Origin: Octopus sinensis
Lineage: Eukaryota
Assembly (NCBI RefSeq): GCF_006345805.1
Contig: NW_021832623.1
Span: 1 to 30,312, forward strand
Direction of reading: 5' to 3'
DNA length: 30,312 nt
Part shown: one piece after another, positions 1 through 12,330 of the stretch
Numbering within the stretch: position 1 is the first letter of the stretch
Layout of the letters: the number at the start of each line of letters is the position of its first letter
Translations under genes and position numbers: made by a program
The notes under the pieces: generated by a model
Databases searched by the model: none
Told to the model about the DNA's origin: nothing
Seen by the model: only the letters and a program-made list of their open reading frames with translations

Positions 1-3000
1 CCTTGTGGGTCAATCATGAGTGGCCATCGTTTCCCTTTGGTGGCGAGGAGTGCGTTCTGAATGGAGACTTGATTGTTGGGAAGTTTGTTGGACGTCCAGT
101 GGCGCACTTGATAGGGTGAGGCAAATATTTGTATTATGTCATAGTCCTCTGATATTGGTATTCCCTCTCTACGCGCATACTTGACCCATTTCGATATTAG
201 TTTTTCTCGGTAACCAACACTGAATGCACCCACATACGTCACCCAAGCAGAACACACCATTACATTCCCAACGAGGTCCTCAATCTTTTTTTCCAGTGTC
301 TAACATTTGACGATCTCTACCAAACTTTTATTTCGGCCTCCCAGATTTCTTTCTCGTCGCCCAGAGCCTCCATTAGCTTAGAAGCGCGTCTCAGTCGGCC
401 GGTCGTGGTTGAAATTTGTTTTTCCAAATTTCTCTTTTCAAGGACACTGGCCTCATAGGCATTTTGTAATTCGCTGATTTGTTGTTGGACGTTGCTGAGT
501 TGGGTCTGCTTGGTGTGGAGAACCGTCATGACTTGCTTCAAGTCTTTTTCGGCCACAGCAAGTCTTGTGTGTTTCAACTAATGTACCTTTCCTTTTTGGG
601 CCGGACAGTTTTGTTTACTTGGGCAAACAAATAAATAGCCCTAACCCACATGCATAAAGATTTACAGGCCTAAACCATAAAAAGTGACTTTACTTTTGAC
701 ACTTTTTCAATCACTTGAGGAGTAAAGTTCTCATTCTCGATGTATTTCTTGAGTTTCCGAAGCACTGAATCGTTTATGTTCTCTTTATCGTAGTCGTATA
801 GTTTTCTGATCAAGTTAGTGTCCGACAGCAGTTGCTTTGCGGACGCCCAGTCGGTTCTAAATCAAAGATTCGAAAAGACTTTAAGTGAAAGAGGACACAC
901 ACAGCTTCCATGACAGTCTGCACTAATTCGGGTGGGGTTTTGAATACTCTGATTTCTGCAATGTCACTTTTATCGAGTGCGTCGAGGGACTATTTCTCAT
1001 CATAACAAATTACTTTAATGGCAGCCTCCAGTTCAGGCAGAGCCTCCTTCAGGTCACGTTGAGCATCCTCCGCTATGGCCTTGGTTTCCTCCGCTTTTAC
1101 CTTCACCACAGCCTCGTCCTCTAGCACCAGTTTCCGTGTCTAAGCGTTACTTTCAGATCCTCACAATATCTGCTTTGTCCTGGTCTTCCGACAATTTTTC
1201 CATTAACTTTTCAGTTTCCTTTGACTTTTCTTTAAGCACAGGCTCCAGTTGATGGAGTTGTTTTTCCATTGAAATGACGATTTGGTTAGTTTCTATCAGT
1301 TTGGCCAACCCGTTTTTAATCTTTTGATGTTCTCGAGAGAGGTCCCTTTAAATAATGAAATGCAGTTACTCTTTGGTCGTGCTAAGCATAGATGTAAACA
1401 AGTTGAGTAATTCGATATAACTGACTGGATTGAGGCAATAATGTCTTCCCATTTCTTCCTCAAATTTGACTGACATTTTGTGGACACTGCGATGCACTCG
1501 AATGCAGCAATCACACAATTTTCCCTAGACTGTGCTTATTAACACAACCATTAAATTTTCGTCTTTCAATTCTATTTTACTGATAAATGAGTGAGCCACT
1601 GAGTGCAGTCCCTCATCTTTCCATTCTTCAAACCAGTCAATAATGCAGCAGTTCACTAAAGATGGAAACATCCTGTAAACAGTCCGAAATTCAGACGCAC
1701 TCAGTGTAATGACAACGTGCAAATTCCGCCTGAGTAGTGACTATCACATTACTACCGCACACGATCGATGAACGACTCATAGACCGCCTCACGACTGTCA
1801 GTCAATCCCTCAGATTGACAGCTCATTATAATTTGTTCCACATCCTCGTCCTCAAATAAGTCGGGCACATGGCCGGAATTCAGAATGTCGTTTATTTCTT
1901 GAAGAAAGTCTTTAATTTGATTATCTGCGAGCAGAAAGACGACATTCCGGTCATCAATTCCCGCTATTTTGTAAAGTTTTTTGACGTCTTCTCTGAAGGC
2001 TGTGGAGTCGTATTTGGGAGTGACTTTGATCTCAAAGCACTCATATTCGTAAATTTGTGCGGCCAGTCTGAAATGACTGATCAGTTTGACCTGGTGAAAC
2101 ATTTCTTGCCCGTTCCCCCAACTCCCACGAGGAGTCCATTCCCCCGTTCTTGGCGAATTATGCGGGCGATTCGTGAAACATGCTGAATAGCGTCTTCAAA
2201 CAAGATCAAGTCACTTTGATACTGACAGTAGAGAGAACTCTCGTTAACCTCAGTGAGCATTCTTCTCAGCTTGTTTTTGTCCATTTCCTCGTACTTTCCC
2301 CTGTTCATCAAATCACCGTAAATTGGAGGGTTGGTCATGAAAGACTACAAATGAATGAGCCAAACACTTCGTAAGTGGAAGAGGTCTGTCGCAAAATAGT
2401 TTGAAACAAATTTTGGTCAGTTTGATCGATGAGGCGGTCTTGAAATGCTCTGGTGATTTCATGATAGAAAAGTTTGTAAAGTGATTGGTCGTCGAAGATG
2501 GTCTTGACTTGCATGATTCCTGAAACACGTGCAAACTCTTACCTTGGAAACATCTTGCCAAGTCTCTCAAATTGAACGAGTAGTGACACTTAGAGGGGGT
2601 CGGGAGCAACTCGTTCTGCATTCTCTGGTAAATTTCGACGGAGGCCAAAATCACCGAGTCGACTGCCAGTCTGACTTGGTGGGGAAATTCCATAACTTGC
2701 AAAATATTCTGAAGTATACTCATCCAGACCACCTGGAAAATATGTTTGAGGTTGTGATCTGAGGGAGGGGGGACATTAAGGATGGAAAAATGCCGAGTAA
2801 AGCGATTGGTCATGCACCCTTGAGGTCCACAGGCGGCCATCAATGTCACGTCCTAGAAATATTACAATCCCTCAACTGTGATCCATCGCCAGCTCAGTGA
2901 TTGCCGATCATATAGTCCTCTCATGTCCTGCAACTGCCTCAACAATTCGATTGGAGGCTGGCACCCATAAAGGTCGGGTTTAGGCATGTTTACGTCATCA

Positions 3001-6000
3001 AGGAAGACCACCATATGCTTCCCTTTCGAAGGCCCTGGAAAATATGCTCAATTAGTCACCTAAGATGTTGCGACGGTGTTTTTCAAGTTTAGCTTCAATC
3101 ATTTGCTGAATGCTGGCACTGCTCGTTTGCGCCGAAAAATTGAGGGAGAGAGGCAAGACATTTGACTGAGTCCTCAATTGGTGCAATGTGTTCCGTGCAA
3201 TTACAGACTGGGACATCCATGACTTGGTACCTTGCCAACTCCACTTTTCCCCACAAACATGACGGGCATTTGGACTGTGATCAACTTATCAGCCAAAAAG
3301 CCGTATTTGACAGTATCACTGTTTGGGACAATCATATCGAAGAACCCACTGCCCGAATGGAAGGGGGGAATGGCTCGTTCCCAATGCTCCATTTTTCTTG
3401 TCTCCGTGTCCACGTAGTAACTCCAGAGATCACCTTGGCCGGGAATCTGTTGATTGACAGGAACTACCCTGACGTCGCCGTTCTCTTCAAAGAGTTGTTT
3501 AATGAACGTATCAAACACATCCCAGTCAGACTCGACTAAATTCCCTCCGATAGCCCACAAGTAGCAAAAAACGAAAATTGTGGAAATAACGGTTCGAGAA
3601 GGCTCTTTGAGGGGGAAGAGAATAGACTCGATGAGTTTGCAGAGAGTAGTAACCTTGGCCAAATCACACTACAAATTCTCGACACGTGCAACCTGCCGAA
3701 TGACCTGGGTGGTCTTGGTGGACACAAAATGAAGACCCTCGTCTACATATTTCGTAAATAGTTCGAGAATGTGGTTGAAAGTGGTCTCACTTAGTTTGTT
3801 CTTGTGCGACTTCAGCCATCTTTGCACCCACGGAAGCCATCCGAGATCTTGTGAATCAACGTAGAGCATTCCACATCTATTTGTCCAAAAAAATTGTCTA
3901 CCGACTGACAGTTGCAGGCGAGGCGACGGACAGGTCCTCGACTTCGAAAAGCATACGAATGTTTGGAGTGAGTTTAATACGCTCACTGTTGGGCAGACAA
4001 AGCATTTTATTGTCGTCAAGTACAGTGTTCATGTTCTCGATCCACGAAGCATCCACAGGTCCGTCGCAGATGACCCAGTGGGGGTTGTTGGCCTGTATTT
4101 AATGGCAATGACTTACAGAAACGGCTTTTCTTATTGTCAGGGCCATCAGTCCGTCTTTCCATTCCAAAGTCTGTTTGTTCACGCCGCCGTAGAGTTCTTG
4201 CATTGAAATGGCTTTCGGGTTGATCACACAAGTCTCCACTGATCCCACGTGTCCCTCAACTTGTGCCAACGTCTACTCAATGTGACATGTCATTCACTTG
4301 GTACAACGTCGTCTTGCCACCACCGGTGGGTCCCACCAGCATTACTCCGTGCCTTACCAACATTGTCTCGTACAATTGGACAATTTGCTTGGACTGTGCC
4401 TTCACAACACTCAAGTTGTTTTTCTGACAGATATTCCCAATTTCCCGACTGAACTCTTCGTAGTCGTTTTCACCAACAGTGATTCCTGGAAACAAGTCAA
4501 GGACAATGTCCTGGGGGTTAGTTAAACATTCCACCAGAAACAAATCCGCGTCTCGTCTCAGAAATTTGGGGAGATTGGCCCCTCGGATTGCCCTGATCAA
4601 AACGATGCTTTCATCCTCGTCTGGATTTTGTTGTTTTTGCGAACCGGCCATGACCAAGACTGATTTGAGGGCTCTCATGCCGAAATCGTAGTGATCCTGC
4701 TGGGAGAGTTGCTCCGAACAGAGTTTGTAAAGTTGGACAACTTTGTTGGAAAGGTATTTAGAGGTTTGAAAGCCTTGCGAGTAGAGAATGACCTCTGCAA
4801 TGAGTTCTAATATAATAAAGTAATTTGGAGGACTGTAATCGGGGACCATCATAGAGAAGGGACGGAAAAGTGCTTTCAAGTTGTCAGGCAATTCTGTACG
4901 ACCAGCATAGGAAGGATTCATGGTTATAAAAGTAGCACAAGTTGGGACAAGTTGGACATTTTTTCCTTCAAAGTTGAATGTGGTTAGTTTGGCTGCTTTT
5001 GCGTTGCGTATTGTGATGAGTTGTTGGGCAATGACTGAGAGGACTTGAATATCAATTCGATTGAACTCGTCGAAACAGCACCACGAGCCAGACTGGACAA
5101 GACCAGTGAAAAACCGTCCCATGGTCTACATAAATTGATGAATTCAACTTGATAGTCCAATCCGTCCGAACAATTGAACACAACACAATGCTTTCCCAGT
5201 GTCTTGGCCAGGTCTTTGGTGGTTTCGGTCTTTCCGGTGCCAGCAGGACCAGCTGGTGCCCCGCCAAGGTCGAACTGGAGTGCGCCCATCAAACAAATGT
5301 AACAACGGTCCTGAATACAGAAGAGAACATACAGTAAGGGGGGTGATCACCAGTCGGGAGGACGCTCCCACATATTCGTAGCCGTATTTATATTCGGAAA
5401 TAGACATTCGCACAACACAGTCCTCGGCCTCCCAGTAATACCGCAGCTGTTTTACCCATGCAAAATCTCCAATGTCAGTGACCTATTTTTACTTGAATAT
5501 GTTTTACTCTGTCTGCAACAAGTTGACTAACTATGTCTCGGCAGTGGACATTGATTGTTATAAGTGTGCAGAGAATTTGCTGAAAGAGCTCTGAGTTGGG
5601 CTGTCGCACTTGATCAGCCAAATAATTCAATCGGGCTACGCTCGTTTGCTCAAAATCAGACATTTGTGACCCATTGGATAATATTTGAGAGATGGTCTCA
5701 CACCAGCATATTTGGGACACTGTCAAGACCACCTGCGAGGGCCACGTCTTGACCCACTCCTCAAAGGGTTTTTTGCTGAGGAGTGCCTTCTTGGTGTGAT
5801 TACGCACACTAATGAGCATGGCCTCTTCTACATTGGACAGCCAATCTTCCACGTTTCCACGAGCACGGAGACCCTGTTTGGTCAATTTATGTGACACGAA
5901 CTTTTCTTAACTTGACCTTTTCGCCTTCGGGAGATATCATGGCAAGTATGTTAGGAGTGCTTGGTTCGAATTCGAGAGACTTTATTGCGTCGAAACATTT

Positions 6001-9000
6001 ATTCAGATGTGGCTGCACTGCCATGGGGTTTCGAGTCTGAGCCAAAATGTCCAAAAGTTGATCGTTGGAAAGAAAATAGAACCGCGGAAAAGCCTCTCTT
6101 TTTGTTTCCAAGTACTTTTCGAGACATTTGAGAATTTGTTGAAGCATTTGATTGTTGTTGGTGAAAGTATCAACCAGTCCTGCTTGTTCGAGGGAATATG
6201 GTACCTGCCTGAGTGCATGCTCGAATTGCCAGAGGCACACGATGAGTCTTCCTCATTATTTCCTTGAACGACTTGTCCACTTTGGAAAAGAGTTTGGACT
6301 CCTCGGGAAGCTGTCGTTGTATCTCAGGGGCAGAAAAGATGGATTCCAAGTACATCCAAGACTTTTGGCATTCGAGCCACTCGTTCTGATCTCCATAATC
6401 ACTCCACTTACCAGCGTGGCCTCAAAAACTTGGAATTGTTTTTTTAGTTCTTCTACTCTCGAACTGATCGGGCCCACATTTCTCGAGGAAAGGATACTGG
6501 AGACACCCACAATCGAATCATCCAAGAGTTGCTCAATGTCCTCAGTTCCTCCAAGCACATAAACGTCTCTTTGCTCTTTGTAGACAGGGACGTGGAACTC
6601 GGTATGCTTCCACGAGTCCTCGATCTACGATTTTGGGAGTTGAATACTTTTTTGAACATTGACTCGAGTGCGGCTTCGGATGAAGCCTTGGTGGATATTT
6701 CCTTAATTTGCTGGTCGTATTCAAAGGCATTGCATTGCTCTAGACTGCTGATAGTCATGGATTCAATGTTTATAATTTCATTGATCACGGCCCAGTGCCG
6801 TGCTTTCAAGGCCGGGTTTTTCAGGTTCATCAAAACAGGAATTTTGTACTTAATATAATTCACCTGCTAATACATAAAACTTCATACCCGTTCTTTCAAC
6901 TGGCTGGTCATTAAATTCGGGGACAGTCCTTTGTCCAGTTTTTGCACAATCTTCCAATACTTACCCGTGATCGAGTCAAGTTGGTCTAAGTCGCACTGCT
7001 TTAGGTCGACCTACCACTGTTTATCATCAACAAACGTCAATCCATGACTGCACCAGGGTTTCCCATTCGTCTATCGAATTCCACAGAATCGTCTTGAGCG
7101 AAATTTCCTCTTGTACGTCTTCCAACTCCTCATATGTGGTGACCTCCAGTTGGAAACGCAGTTGGTGACTCCTGTACAATTCAGTCTTTTCTTTCAGTTC
7201 CTCCACACGTGCACCGTGGATTCCCAAACAACTCAGGATCTCTTCCTTATTTCCCGCCGGGTCAAGATTGGATGGATTCTGGAATTAGATATCGACCTAC
7301 TTGGACACTTTTCTTGATTTCCTTGATTTCTTTGAATAATTCACATGTGTCCTTGTCCAGTGAGAGACACAGTTTCCGAATCGTGTCTTGTCGCTCAGCG
7401 GACACTTTATCGATGCTGTTACGCACATTATTTATTGTGGGAGTCACAGTCTGAGTCGCTCTTACTCACAAACCTGGTAGATCACGTCGTCTTCAGGGGG
7501 CGAGGGGACACTGAACTTGGAAATGAGTTCGTACATGTCCCTGATGATGTCAATTTCACTTTCCACAAAATCAATCTACGCTTCAAAATGGTCTACAAAC
7601 TCGTTCTTGTATCTCGTCCAAGAAGAGCAGACTTTGCACAATTTCAGGTGTATCGCTCGGTCGCATATCCAGACGGAATTGGGCGTCATTGAGACCACTG
7701 AGCACTTTGTCGACCATCTGGCGTGCCTGGTTGGGAAGAACGTCGTGGATGTACTATACGTGCTTTAAGGGTCGTACTTGAATGCACCGATTGGGAGAGG
7801 GACATAACTTTTGTTTAAATTCACGAGCATCCACAAGGAGCAAACCGATAGCACGTTTCTCGACAATACTGATGGCCATTCGGCTTTCAATGTGATGCTT
7901 TTCCAATGAAGAAGCCAAGAACTGAACATGTTTGTTAAGAAACGAGTCAATTCCGAGGGCCTCGTCCATGTTGTAGAACTCAAGGTAACTGGAAAAAGTT
8001 TGCGCGTATTTATTGGCTGCTGAGAAGGCCTTTCCAATGCAGTCCTGCAATACGAGCACGGAAATACCTGTACATCTTTTCTGACTGCTTGCAAGTGTGT
8101 ATCGTCTTCGAAGATAGCCTTCAAGTTTGGTCCCGTCCCACTCGTCCTCTCCTCAAATTTATTGTTGATGAAAGGTCTTTTGTTGGTGTGAAGAATTACT
8201 TTGTGAATGGGTGAAAATGAGGGTCAGGTAAGAGATTTTCTACTGCAATCATCGTTTTTGTAAAGTTGTTTCCTATTTCTTCCAATGCAGTCTCAAACGT
8301 CTCCAGATTGGGCGAGAATTCAATTTGTCCGTTTTCGAGCAGCATTTCCACCAGGAAAGAGGGACAGGACTCAATTACTTGGTCAAATGGTTTCTAGCAT
8401 TGTCATTCCAAGGTACCTTTGCTTGCCTTATATTGACTTGGATTCCTGCCTCTTTCAGGCTGAAATATTCTTCCAAGTCCCCACTCACGTCTTGCTTAGT
8501 CCGAGTAAAACTGGAAATGATATTGTCGGAAGGAGTGAGGTTTATTTGGTTGGATAAATAATTTTTGATGGTCTCGATCGAGCGGACCGTGAGAGTGTGA
8601 AGTGCATTTGTGATCAAATAGTCCGACAAACAGACGAAACTACATTCTATTAGTTCACCTAACCATGTCAGTCGCCTGCATTCCTCTCTCTTGGCAGCCT
8701 GTTCCGTATAACTTAAATTCTCACAGGCTTCTGCGAATTCAGCCATTTCCTCTTCCTCAGAGTCACCTACTTGTGTTATCATTGCGAGGACTGTCGTAGA
8801 TTTCACGGAATGGATAGTCGTCGGGGTTGAAACCCTTCTCGAGCAGGGCAGTTCGACAGGCACATTTGATCACGTCAATCACAATGCTTCGGAATTCCTT
8901 TAGTTTCTCCTGCATTTGGGCAGTCGACGAAGCGTGGTCTTGCACAAACTTGTCCAGACTCACTGTTTGGTCGTATGCCAAGTTAGTCAACGTCAGATCA

Positions 9001-9900
9001 CAGATTCGGTAGCTCATTCCTCGAAGACTCAAAAGGGCGGACCGGAGAGGCTTGATATAAACACTGAAATCTACCGGATTGACCAAGAAAAGAGAGTTTT
9101 CTATTTGTTTTTTAGCACTTTTAATCTTTTCGCAGCGAATAGTCCAACGCCAGACCATGAATGCCTTCCATCGCTTAAATTGTTGAAAGGTAGGGATCTG
9201 ATGGACTCGTTTTAATGTACTTTGTGGATAGCACGGAAATGTTTATATTCTTGTTCAAACACATGAAGGTGAGTAAAGTCAACTTCGTCGCCCTGTCTTG
9301 TTCGAGTGAAGCCTACTCCACTCATTGTGCAGTAATCCGTCTTTGAAATCTCCTGATAGTTAGTCACCCTAAAATCGACTGATTCCACTCACTTGAGGTT
9401 ATAATAGTGATACTCCACACTCGACTTGCTTACTGCTGGGACCAAATAGAAGAACCCCACCCACGGGTTCTCACGAATTACCCCAATCGTCTCCAGCAAA
9501 TTTCTATTTCCCCAGTATTCGTCCATAAACTTCAGTTGTGTCTCGATCTTGTTTCGAGGCAAACAAGCCAGTTCTTTCGGTAGCGACACCTCGTACTTGG
9601 CCAACACAGCCTACAGTAATCATATTGCTTTACCTTTCGCAATTGTATGTTGTCCAGAGATACCTTTTTCACTTTCGCCTTAGTTTTCACCTCCACTTGT
9701 CTTTTCTCCCGAATGTAAGACGGTTCTTTCTGCACTCTTCCCAAGAATGGCTAGACTTTTTATTTTTACTCCAACCAGTGGCTCTAGCTGGGGCAGTTTG
9801 GGGCATCCCCCTCTCGTTGTCCCACGTACTTTCACCCACGGCAGTTCGCATGAATCGTTTTTTTCTAATTGTCACTAATCTTAGAAAGCTTACTTCTCAT
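1..9900 (-). CDS. DNAH6: Axonemal inner-arm dynein heavy chain 6 orthologue; 5' part (tail, linker, AAA1-AAA4, stalk, start of AAA5); continues beyond base 1
   Basis: Hand splicing of about 48 GT-AG introns (21-29 nt) gives one open frame with no stops or frameshifts. N-terminal motifs match recalled DNAH6 ([46 protein letters not shown]). P-loops are [24 protein letters not shown] and GVGGTGKK; also [27 protein letters not shown], and RWPLMIDPQ at the window edge. The start ATG at 9900 and the first 29-nt intron are less certain than the rest. Confidence 0.95.
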
Positions 9901-10039
9901 TCTGTAGCTTGGTTACAATACATGAATAACATTTCAATTTTTTTAGTTATTTAGAGCAGGGTTTCCTAAATTTTTTGTTTCGTGACACCCTTTTTTTCAC
10001 CAAGACCACGCTAAAAACCGAACAAACGTCACGTGATCC

Positions 10040-10545
10040 CGATGCACTCAACCAGGGACCTCATCCTCGCTCGGTGATCCTTCCACGAGCCCACACAAGA
10101 TCGCACTGGGCGGCAGGCTGTTTTTGGCGGAGCATTGGCTGACGGGCCCAGGTTCAGCTTGATGAGGTCTTCCAGAGAAGCTGGAACCGGCCGTTGGCTA
10201 TCATGTGACCAACGATCGGTTAATCTGAGGGCCCTTTGTTGGGCCTCCTCGATTCGCCTCCTGTTGGACCACGATAGCCGCGAACCCCATGATCCGCAAG
10301 CGTAGGCAATACAAGGTTCGAAGTACTTGCGGTAGATATTCGCCAGTACCGGGTGCGACCCGTTTTTCCATATTCCGGATAGAGTTCGTAGTATGTTCAA
10401 TTTTTGTTCGCATTTGCGAAGGAGGTTGTCCGCATGTGGGGAGAAACAGAGGTGCATGTCGAGGGTTACCCCTAGGACCGTCTGACTCCTGCAGAAGGGT
10501 ACGGATATATTATTCAGCTTTAAGTCGACTGACGTCCTTCCCAAT
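10040..10545 (-). pseudogene. C-terminal reverse transcriptase/thumb fragment of a non-LTR retrotransposon (I/Jockey-like), inside the hAT element
   Basis: ORF 10029-10544 reads VLGVTLDMHLCFSPHADNLLRKCEQKLNILRTL...IYRKYFEPCIAYACGSW, the typical LINE 'LGV.lD..L.f..H...l..k....l..Lr.l' region. It is a GC-rich island within the AT-rich element. Confidence 0.8.
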
Positions 10546-10559
10546 CTTTAAAGAGCATC

Positions 10560-10900
10560 TTTAAAGAGCATGGAAAATGCAGATTCACATAAAATGGTAA
10601 GAGAGCATAGACAGACTGGTCTGACGATGATGGATACTGATTTTGTATTTACTCAAAAAATGAACAATGCTTCAATTCTAAATCTAAAAATTGTTTAACT
10701 TTTTTACCAATTCTTTCAATCCGTGATCTGTTGACATTTCAAAAATTTGTTGATATTCAGCAGAAGAAATATTTTCCAATTTATTGATCATTATGAAAGG
10801 ATTCTTAATCTAATCATTATTCACTTTTTTGCCTGGAAAATATTTTTTTAATTCACTTTTAATTGCTCCAAATGATCTACTAGTTCACAAATGAAAGTTT
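10560..10900 (-). pseudogene. Decayed Buster-type hAT transposase, C-terminal part
   Basis: Minus-strand translation with stops and frameshifts gives ND*IKNPF (WIRNPF motif), IFEMSTDHGLK, YP...ALLPF and LCESAFS (hAT dimerisation region). Confidence 0.75.
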
Positions 10901-11931
10901 AGAAGAAACAAGATAAGCGTTACACAATATTTTGTGACAAAACATACATTCGGCTTTCGATAAAGCATATTTATCACAGCACTTTGCAAATCCATATAAA
11001 GGATATTCGTCCAGCTATTTTCGTTTCTTTATCTTTAATTTTTATACAGACAATGATCGTCTTTTGAGTTATTTCAATAAAACGTTTTGTTGTTCATTAA
11101 CTCGAATATAATAAATCTACAAAAAAATACTAAAAAATAACAATAACACTATAGATGTCCACACGGAACGTTATTTGTTGAAAATCTATTTATTTGGTCT
11201 AACTAAAATAAATTTACTTAAATAATAAAATAATTTTTTGAATTTTCGCGTCACCCCTAGTACTAGCCCGTGGTATTCACTTTGAGACACGCCGATTTAG
11301 AGGTGTAAATAAACGTGCAATTAAATAAGCCAGTCACCACAAAAAATTTAATTTGTTTAAAACCGAGCATCTTGTTGAGTTTTATATCGCTTACCATGCT
11401 CAAAAAGTGATTAAAATCGTAGGAGACTATACATGGACAGGCTACTGCGTAGTAGAGAAGACGTCGTTTTTGTCTAAATGGAACACCTAGTTTTCCCAGA
11501 CTGTTTTGATCATGTTCCGCTGACCTAAAAGTCTCTCTGGGCTGTCAAAGAATAATTGATTAGAGAGAATCAAAGATATTGGAAAATCAAAAATGATTTT
11601 CTAGCGGTCTCTAGAATCTAAAAATGAATATAGAATTTGATTTCGTGAGATTTTTGATTAGAAATTAATTCTCAGTTCATAAATATTTATAGTTGATCTG
11701 ACCACAAATCAATTAATAGATAAATAAATCAGTTTAATTTTAAGAAACCAAAAAGAATCTAGTTAAACTAATTTGGAAAATTCAACATTCGGTATTCTAG
11801 AATTCAAAATTTTTGGTCATTATATTAACATAAAATTTACTTACTCATCTCGTATAGAAGCAATGTTTCGAGTATTTCTGTCAACCTATAATCAGTAATA
11901 ATAAAATAAATTTCGATTTTGCCATTAATTG

Positions 11932-12330
11932 ATGTCTCTAAAACCAAAATTTGATCCTAAAGTTATTCAATAAATTAATATTATTTTTCAGATTCAATGT
12001 TTGGAAGATATATGTTTTGATGTGGAAGATATATTTAACTTTAAAGTAAGTCTCGGGCGAAATCTAAGCGGGCATTTATCTAAAATTTATGATTGTAATT
12101 GGTCAATATTTGAAAAGTATTAAAAACACTAATAAATATAAAAATTAACTCATATCAGTAGCTCAAGATGGGAGTATTATAATATGGGATACGAAGCGGA
12201 TCACAATTTGGGACGCTGAGGGATTGAAATATGATAAAAATTATTTTATTTTTTACACATTAAAAATTCAACTTTGAGAATTTTAATAGGTTACCGTACA
12301 TCCGTCTTGACTCGTCTTGACTTCTGTGTC
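11932..12330 (+). pseudogene. Heterotrimeric G-protein beta subunit-like fragment (WD1-WD2), pseudogene
   Basis: RNLSGHLSKIYDCNWS, LISVAQDGSIIIWD and IRLDSS*LLC align with the recalled G-beta motifs RTLRGHLAKIYAMHW, LVSASQDGKLIIWD and IPLRSSWVMTC. TGA at 12318-12320 replaces the Trp, two splice sites appear lost, and I find no downstream WD repeats. Confidence 0.7.

Larger units (their letters stand above)
9957..11294 (-). mobile_element. Non-autonomous, internally rearranged hAT (Buster-type) DNA transposon
   Basis: Identical 8-bp flanks ATTTAGAG at 9949-9956 and 11295-11302, with the central TA typical of Buster TSDs. Degenerate hAT-like ends: CAGGGTTTCCTAAA on the left, CGGCGTGTCTCAAA as reverse complement on the right. 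Transposase remnant inside. Confidence 0.8.

Noticed and set aside
1-9900. Dynein as a fragmented pseudogene or frameshift-riddled gene, as the ORF track suggests
   Set aside because: Every break is resolved by a canonical 21-29 nt GT-AG intron; no non-canonical intron or frameshift was needed.
1869-9954. Plus-strand and alternative-frame ORFs overlapping the dynein gene and the transposases
   Set aside because: These are antisense or shadow frames of codon-structured sequence, with no recognisable motifs.
11400-11600. Moderately GC-rich stretch that looks coding
   Set aside because: Stops occur in the frames I translated and I could not recognise any family.
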